From assembly GCA_021828285.1 (NCBI GenBank), contig JAKASG010000001.1:27326-91325 (forward strand): a stretch of 64,000 nucleotides of DNA, given 5' to 3'. Origin of the DNA: Acidobacteriota bacterium. GTDB lineage: Bacteria; Acidobacteriota; Terriglobia; UBA7540. Below are positions 18,696 to 28,000 of this stretch, one piece after another. A program made the position numbers and the translations under genes. Position 1 is the first letter of the stretch. Each line of letters begins with the position of its first letter. A model generated the notes under the pieces. That model had not been told where the DNA came from and did no database searches. It was given only the letters and a program-made list of their open reading frames with translations.

Positions 18696-20000
18696 ATGGT
18701 GGGACTTTTCGGACCCAAAAAGGTCAAGCAGATTCGCGCGGCCAAGCGCCTTCAGGGGATGGCGCGCATGCCGGGGGATAAATCCATTTCGCACCGGTAC
18801 GCGATGCTTGCGGCGATTGCTGAAGCGCGGAGCGAAATCCATTACTTTGCGACCAGCGCCGATTGCGCGAGCACTCTCGCCTGTCTCGAAAAGCTCGGCG
18901 GGAAGATTGAACGGAAGGACTCGCTCGTGACGGTCGAGGGCGCAGGCGCGAGCGGGCTCCGCGCGCCGCACACGAGACTCGACGCAGGGAACTCCGGCTC
19001 GACGATGCGGATGCTCGCCGGCATTCTCGCGGGCCAGCCGTTTCATTCGGCGATTGGGGGCGACGCTTCACTTTCGCGGCGGCCCATGCGGCGCATCATC
19101 GAGCCGCTGACGCGCATGGGTGCGCGCATCGAGGCGTCGCCGGGCGGCCTGCCGCCGCTCGAAATCGAAGGCGGCCGGCTCAAGCCTATTCGCTACGAGT
19201 TGCCCGTTGCAAGCGCGCAAGTCAAATCGGCGGTGCTTTTGGCAGGGCTATTTGCAGAAGGCGAAACGCAGGTCATTGAACCTGCCCGCACACGCGACCA
19301 CACGGAAATCGCTCTCGAGCACATGGGTGCGGAGATCACTCGCGAGGGGAATACGATCGCCCTGCGGGGACCGGCGCGGCTCCAGGGCGGCAAACTGTTC
19401 GTTCCGGGCGACATTTCTTCAGCGGCGTTTTTCCTTTGCGCTGCGCTGCTGGTTCCCGAATCGAACCTGATGATTCAAAATGTGGGTTTGAATCCGACGC
19501 GCACGGCGATTCTCGACGTTCTCGCGGGAATGGGCGGACAGATCCACATCTCAAATCTCGAATCGCTGAACGGCGAGCTCGTCGGCGACTTGCACGCAGA
19601 GTCGAGCCCGCTCAAGGGCGGAGAAATTCCCCGGGCGTTCGTCCCTCAACTGATTGACGAGCTGCCGGTGCTTTCAGTTTTGGGCACGCAAACGGAGGAA
19701 GGGGTTTGGTTCCACGGCGCCGAAGAGCTTCGCGTGAAGGAAAGCGACCGGATCGCCGCCATCGCGGGGAATCTGCGCCGCATGGGAGCGGACGTCGAAG
19801 AGTTTCCGGACGGCTTGCGAGTGGGCGGGCGGCAGGCATTACGCGGCGCGGAAATTGACCCGCAAGGCGATCATCGCATTGCCATGGCCTTTGCGGTCGC
19901 GGGCCTGGTGGCCAGCGGCGTCACGGCGATTGGCGACTTCGAATGCGCCCGCATTTCCTTTCCGAGCTTTTTCGAGGACCTCGAACGGCTTATTGCTTAG
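18696..20000 (+). CDS. aroA: 3-phosphoshikimate 1-carboxyvinyltransferase (EPSP synthase)
   Basis: 434 aa with PGDKSISHR, LDAGNSGSTMRML, and a RVKESDRI region. Confidence 0.95.
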   Translation: MVGLFGPKKVKQIRAAKRLQGMARMPGDKSISHRYAMLAAIAEARSEIHYFATSADCASTLACLEKLGGKIERKDSLVTVEGAGASGLRAPHTRLDAGNSGSTMRMLAGILAGQPFHSAIGGDASLSRRPMRRIIEPLTRMGARIEASPGGLPPLEIEGGRLKPIRYELPVASAQVKSAVLLAGLFAEGETQVIEPARTRDHTEIALEHMGAEITREGNTIALRGPARLQGGKLFVPGDISSAAFFLCAALLVPESNLMIQNVGLNPTRTAILDVLAGMGGQIHISNLESLNGELVGDLHAESSPLKGGEIPRAFVPQLIDELPVLSVLGTQTEEGVWFHGAEELRVKESDRIAAIAGNLRRMGADVEEFPDGLRVGGRQALRGAEIDPQGDHRIAMAFAVAGLVASGVTAIGDFECARISFPSFFEDLERLIA

Positions 20001-20053
20001 CCGATGATTCTGAGGTTTCATGGTTTGCGAAGGCGATTGACCGGGATCATGGC

Positions 20054-20083
20054 TTGACCCGGGGGCTGGTACTTTCGTACTAT
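20054..20083 (+). promoter_or_regulatory. possible sigma-70-like promoter (TTGACC-N18-TACTAT) inside the aroA / toast-rack convergent spacer
   Basis: Hexamers at 20054-20059 and 20078-20083, in a locally lower-GC stretch. Confidence 0.25.
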
Positions 20084-20204
20084 TCCATGGTCCATAGAAA
20101 ACGGATAGACTGGTTTTTCTCTGAGGCTTGGGGGCTCGGATGCCTCAGGAATTCATGGGCGAGTTCGGAAGGCAGGTACTGCGAGTATGGTGCTAGGAGA
20201 TGCA

Positions 20205-20239
20205 AGCACGAGGGTGGTTGCGCTGGGCCTCGCTTTTTT
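20205..20239 (+). terminator. candidate intrinsic terminator
   Basis: AGC(AC)GAGG pairs with CCTCGCT across a 14-nt loop and runs into TTTTTT (20034-offset read: 20234-20239). Confidence 0.4.
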
Positions 20240-20284
20240 CTTCCCGCTGTCGATCATCGTCTGGATGGTCGTGGACTACCTCCA

Positions 20285-21772
20285 TCAAGGCGTTGCAGAA
20301 GTTGAGTTGCGCGCCTCCCAGAGCGGATCTGCAACCGATCCAACCAAATAGGCCGAGCTCGACAGAGGCGCCCGCCCGGGCGAGTTTGCTGCCGTGCTGC
20401 TTTGCTGCGACGAAGAGCCCGTATACTGAGACAATCGAATCGTCCCGTAAGTTGTGCGCAGGCGAATGGTCGGGCCGTTCGCTCCAATGCCGCCTGAAAT
20501 CGAAGGCCGGCCGCCTCCTTTCGACAAATGCAGGCCTGGCGCTGAAAAGCTGCTATAGACGTCTCCGCCACGAGCTACCGCGTCAATCTGGAAGGCTGCG
20601 GATGCCGGCAAATCCAATTCGATATCTCCTTTTTTAAGATCAACCTCAATGGGATGTTTGAGCGGCGCAGCGGGTCGAAGCTGGACGTCGCCATTCGCGT
20701 CCGTGATGTGCGCGTCGTAATCGAAGTTCGCGAGGCGAATGTCTTTCTGTCGGGTCGTGAGGTTGAACGGGCCGCCCACGCCATCGGCATCGAGCGAACC
20801 TATATCCATGTTGAGGTGGCCGGAAATCTTCTCGACCGTCAGATCGGTGCGCGATGAAGTGAAGCGAAGTGTCTGCGACACGTTTTGGAATTGCATCGCG
20901 CCTGAAAAATCGCCTTCAATGGTGACGGAACCGGTCACGCCGGAGACTTGCACGTCTTCGCCGCGCCCCTCGAGGTGAATGTCGCCGGTCATGCTGCTCA
21001 CCACCGTGGACCCGCCGGACTTATCGATCTGCAATCGGCCACTGGCGTTCATCACATGCACATCCCCGTGCTTGTCGGTGAGCCGAGCGGAGCCGCTCAA
21101 GCCGTCCAGGAGGATATCGCCCTGGCCGGCGGTGAGGTCGGCGGAGGTTTCGGCCGGAGCGTGAAGCACAATATCCAGACGGATGTTTGAGCCGCCGCGG
21201 GGCAATTGGCTGAGGTTCGATTGGAGCGTATAAGCGCCGCCTTGGTGAGAAAAGGAAAGCTGAATTTGCCTTGCGAGCTCGTCGGCGGACTGGCGGTCGT
21301 TCGCGGTTACGGTCTCTTTGATGGAGGCGGAAAGCTCCGGCGCGCTTGAAGCGTGCACCTCGATATCACCCCAGGGATCGACGACAACCAGATGGTCCGG
21401 CGCGGTGACCGGTTGCGAAAGAGTCTGGGAATAGGTGTAAGAATTCATGAAAAGCTCGCCCATGCCGCGTCCCATCGGCCCCCAGCGTCCCCATGGATGG
21501 AGCACGATCGCCGAGACCAGAGATCCGAAGATGAGGATGAGCACGAGGAGAACGACTTCACTCGCCGTAAAAACAGGCGGAGGCGTCCCGGGTCGCGGCG
21601 TGAGGTGCTCGATCAGCTTGGAAATACCCCAGATGATAATCAACGCAGGCCAGTACTTGGCGATGATCTCCCACGGGTGGACGGCTGGATTGAATTGTTG
21701 GTAGAGAAACAGCACGCCCACCGAAATCAGAATCAACGGCCAGAAAATGGATCGGCGACGATAGCTATCCAT
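20285..21772 (-). CDS. membrane-anchored DUF4097 (toast-rack beta-repeat) protein with a LiaF-like N-terminal TM region
   Basis: The N-terminus SIFWPLILISVGVLFLYQQF...YWPALIIIWGISKL gives 2-3 TM helices. It is followed by repeated beta-strand motifs (GDILLDGLSGSARL, GDVHVMNASGRLQI, GDIHLEGRGEDVQVSGVTGSVTIEG, GDVQLRP, GDIELDLP). The start is ATG 21772 or the upstream ATG at 21841. Confidence 0.7.
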   Translation of the reverse strand: MDSYRRRSIFWPLILISVGVLFLYQQFNPAVHPWEIIAKYWPALIIIWGISKLIEHLTPRPGTPPPVFTASEVVLLVLILIFGSLVSAIVLHPWGRWGPMGRGMGELFMNSYTYSQTLSQPVTAPDHLVVVDPWGDIEVHASSAPELSASIKETVTANDRQSADELARQIQLSFSHQGGAYTLQSNLSQLPRGGSNIRLDIVLHAPAETSADLTAGQGDILLDGLSGSARLTDKHGDVHVMNASGRLQIDKSGGSTVVSSMTGDIHLEGRGEDVQVSGVTGSVTIEGDFSGAMQFQNVSQTLRFTSSRTDLTVEKISGHLNMDIGSLDADGVGGPFNLTTRQKDIRLANFDYDAHITDANGDVQLRPAAPLKHPIEVDLKKGDIELDLPASAAFQIDAVARGGDVYSSFSAPGLHLSKGGGRPSISGGIGANGPTIRLRTTYGTIRLSQYTGSSSQQSSTAANSPGRAPLSSSAYLVGSVADPLWEARNSTSATP

Positions 21773-21849
21773 GGTTCGCCTCGAATTGCCAATTGGCCTG
21801 AAAAGCCCCATGCCGTTTCGACCGGCATGCATCAACGGCAATTATTCGC

Positions 21850-22041
21850 TTACTTGCCTTGCTTCACTCTCTGAAGCTCCTCTTCAAGCTCGCGCATCCT
21901 TCGTGCATGTTCCCTTTCCTCGGGCTCGAGTTTACACACCGTGTCGGCCTCACTGTCGTGGAGGCGCGCCATCACAACGATCCCCACAATCAGGACCACA
22001 GCGAGGAAAACCCCGAGGGGAATAATGAACGGTGAATTCAT
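21850..22041 (-). CDS. small single-pass membrane protein with a charged coiled-coil tail (paralog A, PspB-like architecture)
   Basis: MNSPFIIPLGVFLAVVLIVGIVVMARLHDSE...EEREHARRMRELEEELQRVKQGK. It shares NPFIIPLG.F with paralog C. The longer track ORF (to 22146) would overlap paralog B. Confidence 0.55.
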   Translation of the reverse strand: MNSPFIIPLGVFLAVVLIVGIVVMARLHDSEADTVCKLEPEEREHARRMRELEEELQRVKQGK

Positions 22042-22090
22042 GGCCTCGCTCTTTTCCGCGGCACGGGGCGTCTCGCCTGCGCGGCAACCG

Positions 22091-22303
22091 TCAGGCGACC
22101 TTCTGGCCCGCCTGCTGCGCCTTCGTTTTCTCGATTTCCAGGTCAAGCTCTTTCATGTGCCGCTCGTGCTCCATCTCACGGATGCGCAATTCCTGGTGGA
22201 TTTTGAGCTCGTGCTCACGAGTTTTCCCCCAGACGCCGACGGCAACGACGGCGATAATCATGATCCACACGCCCATCGAAGACAAAAAATGAAAAATTGA
22301 CAT
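22091..22303 (-). CDS. small single-pass membrane protein with a charged coiled-coil tail (paralog B)
   Basis: MSIFHFLSSMGVWIMIIAVVAVGVWGKTREHELKIHQELRIREMEHERHMKELDLEIEKTKAQQ.... GGAGG lies 7 nt upstream of ATG 22303. The KTRE.EL..H..LR.REMEHER..K segment is shared with paralog C. Confidence 0.6.
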   Translation of the reverse strand: MSIFHFLSSMGVWIMIIAVVAVGVWGKTREHELKIHQELRIREMEHERHMKELDLEIEKTKAQQAGQKVA

Positions 22304-22317
22304 TGTCGAACCTCCTT

Positions 22318-22441
22318 GATTTATTGGCGATTGATGAGAGCCCTCAGCCATCAGGTCTCGGCTTTCAGCGCTAACACCCTCGGCCCTTTGCTGAGAGCTG
22401 ACCGCTGAAAGCTCTCAATCGCAAATCGCCAATCAGAAATC
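22318..22441 (-). promoter_or_regulatory. nested inverted repeats forming a large predicted RNA structure between paralogs C and B
   Basis: The outer arms GATTTATTGGCGATTGA (22318-22334) and TCAATCGCAAATCGCCAATCAGAAATC (22415-22441) pair as 5+9 bp helices. The inner perfect 10-bp arms are GCTTTCAGCG (22361-22370) and CGCTGAAAGC (22403-22412). Confidence 0.4.
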
Positions 22442-22450
22442 CCAAATCCT
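22416..22450. repeat. five tandem heptamers (CAATCGC AAATCGC CAATCAG AAATCCC AAATCCT)
   Basis: Read directly. The array begins at the stop codon of paralog C. Confidence 0.7.
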
Positions 22451-22671
22451 CAGTGGCTGCCTCCCGCTTTCGTTTTCTCAAGCTCGATCTTGGCCTTTTC
22501 GATCTCCATCTGCTTCAGTTGGCGCTCGTGCTCCATTTCACGCATTCGCAGATCGCGGTGGGCTTCCAGCTCTTTTTCCCGCGTCTTGCGATAGGACCAG
22601 ATTGCGACGATGACAATCACCATCGCAAACGCCCCCAACGGAATAATGAAAGGATTTTGTAACCAATCCAT
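22450..22671 (-). CDS. small single-pass membrane protein with a charged coiled-coil tail (paralog C)
   Basis: MDWLQNPFIIPLGAFAMVIVIVAIWSYRKTREKELEAHRDLRMREMEHERQLKQMEIEKAKIELEKTK, with GGAGG upstream of the ATG. Confidence 0.6.
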   Translation of the reverse strand: MDWLQNPFIIPLGAFAMVIVIVAIWSYRKTREKELEAHRDLRMREMEHERQLKQMEIEKAKIELEKTKAGGSH

Positions 22672-22732
22672 GCGCGTTCACCTCCTCCAGATATTCGCTC
22701 CCTGAATGGTTAATCCTCATTTTCGGCCTTTC

Positions 22733-22942
22733 CTATTGTACTGCGTGCTGCCGCTCTCCATGCCGCACGAGCAGCCAAATTCCAACGCCAATGAGGATGA
22801 ACGGGCTCAGCGGAATCAGCAGACCCAGGCCGATGCCCAGAAGCGCTCCGCCGAGGCCGAACAGAATTCCCAGCGCGCCGGTCATCAATCCAAAAACCAG
22901 CGCGCACATCCCTATCGCCAAACCGAAGATTAGTCTGAACAT
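22733..22942 (-). CDS. Gly-rich (glycine-zipper-like) small membrane protein
   Basis: MFRLIFGLAIGMCALVFGLMTGALGILFGLGGALLGIGLGLLIPLSPFILIGVGIWLLV. GGAGGG lies 5 nt upstream of ATG 22942. Confidence 0.5.
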   Translation of the reverse strand: MFRLIFGLAIGMCALVFGLMTGALGILFGLGGALLGIGLGLLIPLSPFILIGVGIWLLVRHGERQHAVQ

Positions 22943-22999
22943 CTTAGCCCTCCGAAGAATTCGGCTTCCGGGAATTGCCAACCCTCCCCGCGATTCCGC

Positions 23000-23686
23000 C
23001 TACAGGCTCATTCCGCCGCCCGTTTTGGAATCCTGAGCGCCCGCGCCGGGAGGATTCGCCGGCGGCTGCTGCGGTGACGCGACAATATGGCTGGTGCGCT
23101 TCTGCAGGATCAGAATCCCCAAGACGATCAAGAGCACCGGCCAGAACTTGGAAGCTTCTCTGAATACCGGGATGCCGAGATTATCGAGCATAAAGAGCGT
23201 TCCCAGAACGATGAGAAGGCCCGCGGCAACCGGACCGGTCATTTTGAAATCGCCCAGGCCGAACCATTCCTGCGGCTGCTGTCCGAGCTGCTTCGCGCGC
23301 GCCGTCTGATAGGAATCGAAGACCATGTAAAAATAGAAGGCCGCCGAAGCGAAACCAAAAATGGTGCTCAAAGGGTCGGCGACGCGATTGCTGATTGCGA
23401 TCAGCGAACCGAAGAGCAGAACCTGAATGAACCCTTTCATGATCTGCCCGTTGTAAATCGCTCCCACGCCGGGGATGAATCCCAGGGCGAGCGCGACGCC
23501 GGGGCTGGGCGCTCCGGGAACGCCAAAAGCCGGCGGAATACCAGTCGAGGAGCGTAAGCGAGCTGCCAGGCAAGCCTCACAGTAAACGGCTCCGCTGACC
23601 GTGCGCTTGCAGTCCGCACAGAGCGCGCGGCCGCACTGTCCGCAATAGGCAACCGAATCAACGAGTGGATGGTTTGAGCATTTCAT
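23000..23686 (-). CDS. B-box/zinc-ribbon N-terminal domain fused to a polytopic membrane region (the C-terminal TM pair resembles the LiaF-type N-terminal TM region)
   Basis: MKCSNHPLVDSVAYCGQCGRALCADCKRTVSGAVYCEACL is followed by GFIPGVGAIYNGQIMKG... and FWPVLLIVLGILILQKR. The gene is tightly packed (2-nt gap) behind the anti-sigma gene. Confidence 0.65.
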   Translation of the reverse strand: MKCSNHPLVDSVAYCGQCGRALCADCKRTVSGAVYCEACLAARLRSSTGIPPAFGVPGAPSPGVALALGFIPGVGAIYNGQIMKGFIQVLLFGSLIAISNRVADPLSTIFGFASAAFYFYMVFDSYQTARAKQLGQQPQEWFGLGDFKMTGPVAAGLLIVLGTLFMLDNLGIPVFREASKFWPVLLIVLGILILQKRTSHIVASPQQPPANPPGAGAQDSKTGGGMSL

Positions 23687-23688
23687 GG

Positions 23689-24348
23689 TTATGGCTTCCT
23701 CGCGGACGCCGCCAGGCGGTCTATTTTGGAAGTCCCAATCCAGGCCATTTGGGAATCTCGCGCAACACCCTTGTCGCTGGCGCCGCCCGCGGGCCGAGCC
23801 GGCTCGGAAGCGGGCTTCCGCGCATTCGAGGGCCGCAATTGGCTCAGCCGCGACTCGATCTCGTAAACCACGCGAAGATCGTAGTAGAACCTTTCAGCGC
23901 GCGCGGCAAGCAGGTGACCCGCCTGGTTAGCGCGGTAAAACCAGGTTCCTGGATTCAAATCGCTCAAGCGGAGTTTGCGCACGTTTAATCCTGAGGCATT
24001 GATGAGGATGGAGATCGAAAAGACCGCCATCGCCACCGTATAGGCAACGCGCAGTTGGAAGACCGGCCGCAGAAACGCCTGCAGGCGCTCGCTGAACGCC
24101 GGGCGGCTCTCGCCGATAGTGGCGCGAAGAATGTTCGGGACCATCCACGGCGGCGGTTCAAGCGCTTCGGCTGTGTGGCACAAATCGAGCGCCTCGCGCA
24201 GGCTTCCCATGAGGCCCCTGCACTCTTCGCAAGCGTCCAGGTGCTTTTCCATCTGCGCCCGGGCCGCCGCATCAAGCTGGCCTTCCAGGTAATCGCTCGC
24301 GAGATGTTCGATCTCGAGGTGCGTCATTGCGCTTCCTTCAACCCTCAC
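23689..24348 (-). CDS. anti-sigma factor (zf-HC2 type) with one TM segment
   Basis: HLEIEHLASDYLEGQLDAAARAQMEKHLDACEECRGLM is an H-x3-C-x2-C motif. The GTG start at 24348 overlaps the sigma stop (GTGA). An alternative ATG lies at 24327. Confidence 0.8.
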   Translation of the reverse strand: MRVEGSAMTHLEIEHLASDYLEGQLDAAARAQMEKHLDACEECRGLMGSLREALDLCHTAEALEPPPWMVPNILRATIGESRPAFSERLQAFLRPVFQLRVAYTVAMAVFSISILINASGLNVRKLRLSDLNPGTWFYRANQAGHLLAARAERFYYDLRVVYEIESRLSQLRPSNARKPASEPARPAGGASDKGVARDSQMAWIGTSKIDRLAASARKP

Positions 24349-24905
24349 TCATCCATACGCTTTATGAGGCGCGCAAGTTCCAGGCGCCCGCGGTTGATTC
24401 GGGACTTCACGGTGCCCTGCGGGACACTTAAAACCTGCGCAATTTCAGCGTAATCCAAGTCCTGCAAATCCCTGAGGATAACGGCCTCGCGCAACTCCGG
24501 CGACAGATGTTCGAGCGCCGCCTGGAGAGCCTCATGGCGTTCGCGGTGTTCCAGGCGCTCGATGGGATGCTCGCCCCTGGCAGGCTTTTCTTCGATCCGC
24601 ACGCTCGTCTCTTCGAGTGAAGATGTGACGCGGTCTTTCTTCGTGCGGCGGTAATGGTCCACCAGGTGGTTGCGCGCCACGCGGTTCAGCCAGGTCGAAA
24701 AACTCCCTTGCGCAGGGTCGAACGACTTCAGCGTCTGGAAGATTTTGATGAACACTTCCTGCGTCAGATCGTCCGCGTCCTCGCGCCGGCCGGTGAAACG
24801 GTAGCACAGGTTGTAGATTTTCCGGCTGTGCAGATGAAGCAGATTCTCCCAGGCCAGGTTGTCGCCGGTGAGGCATTGCTTCACCAGTTCGTGGTCTTGC
24901 TCCAC
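24345..24905 (-). CDS. ECF (group IV) RNA polymerase sigma factor
   Basis: 186 aa with sigma-70 region 2 (YNLCYRFTGRREDADDLTQEVFIKIF) and region 4 (DLQDLDYAEIAQVLSVPQGTVKSRINRGR). Confidence 0.9.
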   Translation of the reverse strand: MEQDHELVKQCLTGDNLAWENLLHLHSRKIYNLCYRFTGRREDADDLTQEVFIKIFQTLKSFDPAQGSFSTWLNRVARNHLVDHYRRTKKDRVTSSLEETSVRIEEKPARGEHPIERLEHRERHEALQAALEHLSPELREAVILRDLQDLDYAEIAQVLSVPQGTVKSRINRGRLELARLIKRMDE

Positions 24906-25051
24906 GCACGGTCTCCTCGCTCAAGCTCGCGAGCCCGGAGAATGGACGCGAGTCGCACGACGCGCGGCTCTCTCGACTAAAGCTCGTCGGGCATTTTACC
25001 AGAGCCGAAGGGGATTTTGCCGTGATTGCAAGCCCGGGGCCGTCCGCGCTT

Positions 25052-28000
25052 TCATTTCGCCGGCGCGAGCGGAGGAAGCAGCATATAGCCGGGGCGGGTT
25101 TCATCATGTTGCAGATATTCGCGGTACGCCGGCGTCGAAGGCCGATGGTCTCCGGAAGGCGGCGGGTATCCGGTCATGCTGAGGAAAGGCATGGGACCGA
25201 CGGTGCGGGAGTCGGCGGTGTTCGGCTCGCCATCCTTCGCGTAGCCCACGAGATCGAGGAAAAAGTCGCGCTTCCAGCCGGGCTTGAGCGGAGGCAGCCG
25301 GCGTGCGTCGAACTGGAGAGTGATATCGTCTCCGGGCGCGAGCACCACGAGCCGGTTGTCGGCGTGGCCGAGCAGATTCGCCACATCTCCGTACCGCGTG
25401 TAATTACCCTTCAGAGGATTCCACGGAGGCTCTTTCATCAGCTTCGCATATTCGAAGAAATCCGGCTTGCGATTATCGGGATCGGTCACCGGAGTTGAGA
25501 ATCCGCGATAGTGCAAGCGGGCGGCCGCCAGAGGCACGGTGATGGGCGCGGGAACGGACGCTTCGCGCGTGGTGAAGAAGATGCGGTCCCAATACACCGC
25601 GAGATTTGTCACAATCCGGATATGATGATCGGAAGTCAGGAATTTTCCGGTCAAATCAACGCGCATCGTGCGGTTCGTTCCGCTCGGCAGGCCCATATCC
25701 GGGATGACGGTTTCCCACTTGCCCGCGGTATTGCGCACCTGGAGATAGGGCATAATCATTTTCAGCCTGGGGTCCGCCATCAGCGCGCGCGAAGCATTCG
25801 AATCCGTCCAGAAGACCCAGCCCGTCAGATAAAGGGCAACGGGATCTGAATTACGGAAGCGGCCCAGATTGAGCGTCAACGCGTGGAGCCTCGCAAGGCC
25901 GAGGATGCGGTTCAAGCGGAAATCCGTCGGAAAACGGCCGTCCACGGCGAGCAGGTCGGGCAGGACATTATGCCCGCGATCGTCAACGGCGGAGACGGGG
26001 AAACGCTTCCGAACCACAGCGTAAATTTTGGGATGCACGGGGTTCGAGGAATAAATCTCATTCGAATAGAGCGATTCGCCCGCGGGATGATCCACTGCGA
26101 GCAGGCGCGCGCGATCCACAAAATCCACTTCGCGCATTTCTGAGGTGAGCTGGAAAGTGTAAAACCCGTTTTGCGGTTTGGGATGGCTGCCGAGACGGAC
26201 GTATTCTTCGGGATTGGCGCGCGCCCAGGTCCCGTCCGGCTGAAGTTCACCGAGCGGTGAAGCGCCGAGCACGTCGGTGAAGTAGACATACTGTTTCCCG
26301 TTCCAAACGTAGAGGAACGGGCAAGAGCTTGCCAGCCGCTCGGACTCTCGAACGTTCAAGACCGTGTCCGTCTTGACGTTCACGGAATTTTCCACGATGC
26401 CGTTCGGCCACGTCACGCGGACGACGTCGAGCTGCGAAAGGCCGTCGGTGTAGATGCGCAGCGGCGACCTGCGGGCGACGACTTTATCGTAGAAATTTCC
26501 CGCCTTGACTTCGACGACGTCGCCCACGCCCTCGTAATTGCTCTTTTCTCCGGTGAGTTTTACTTCGAGCCAGTGCGGCGCCGGGCCGGCGCGCTTCCAG
26601 GCGATCAACTGCCCTTTTTCGGTCACGCCGGCCAGATCCACGCCCGCTTGGCGTGAAAACCAGGTCGGATGGAGCGCGGCGATCCGGACGCCCAAAGCGA
26701 GGGGCAGCGTGATCGGCAGCTCTTTGAAATGGCCCGCGAGATCCGCAATAAATCGCCAGCGACCGGAAGAGTCCTGGAGCAACAAGCCCGGAAAGCCGTC
26801 GCCTTCGAGGTCGGCAATCGTTCCGCGAAACGCCAGCGGCCCGCGCGGCGGCTTGACAGCCGGCAGACCGGCGTAAGGGGTGAAATGAGCGTGGCCGTCA
26901 TTGCGAAGGACGGTGTAACCGGAAGCCGTCCAGAGCGCGAGATCAAAATTCCCGTTGTGGTCGAAATCCGCAACCCCTCCGCCGGCGGCCGTGGCGCTTG
27001 AAAACACCGGTCCTGCAGCCGCGGACGCATTCCTGAAGCGGTCGCCGCCTTCGTTGAGATAGAGCAGCGGCGGGCCGTCGTCCCTGAAAAACACCAGGTC
27101 CAGATAACCGTTGTTATCGAAGTCGGCGAAAGCTGCGCCGCGCATTCGGCCGATAGCGCCGCCGAGCCCTGACGCACTGGTGATATCGGTAAACGACCCG
27201 TCACCGTCGTTGCGATAGAAGTGCGGGGCGACGCCCGGGAAATCGGCGGGAAAATTGAAGCTCGCGTTTTTCGGCGCGTGAGAGAAGTTGGTGTAGCCGG
27301 TGACCAGGAGGTCAAGAAAGCCGTCGTTGTCCGCGTCGAAAAGGATGGCGCGAGTATCAAGCTCGCCGAAGTCGGCTCTGGGCAGCGCAAGGCCCGATTT
27401 GGCCGTCACATCCGTGAACGTTCCGTTGCCGTTATTCCTGTAAAGATGCACGCCGCCGAGGCCGACGACGAAGAGGCTCGGGTGGCCGCTGTTATTGTAA
27501 TCAGCGAACGTTGCGGAAACCGAGTCCGGAGGGCCGCTCACACCCGCCTGGGCCGTTACATCGGTGAAAGTTCCATCCCCATTGTTGCGGAGCAGATGAT
27601 TGCTTCCCGCCGGGTTGACGATGTAGAGATCGGGCAGGCCATTCCCCAAATAATCTCCCACTGCGATGCAAGGGCCGAAGAGCGGCAAGAGCTCGCGGCG
27701 GGCGTAATCGAGGGAGTAATCCTTCGCCCGAATCGTCGCCGAACGGCCGGTTGCAAGGGCGCTGCGGGATTCTGCAAGCGATACGCCAGGAGGGACAGGG
27801 ACAAAAGACAATTCTTCAGACGCCGCGTAAGCTTCCGGCATTGCGGGCGCCGTGGCGGGGACGATGATGGCGCCGTATTTACCGCTCTCAAGCGCCGTCG
27901 CTTGCACTGACAGCCCCGGCACCTTGTTGTGCACCTTCTGATGCATCGCCAGATATTTCACGGCCTCCGCCCGGTGGCCGAGGCGGATGTCGATCGTAAA

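Noticed and set aside
20087-20305. A Cys-containing 72-codon ORF (MVHRKRIDWFFSEAWGLGCLRNSW...CEYGARRCKHEGGCAGP...) in the aroA downstream spacer.
   Set aside because: It has no SD, its ATG sits only 4 nt after the putative -10, and the frame runs through a terminator hairpin and into the convergent gene. It is treated only as part of the possible sRNA region.
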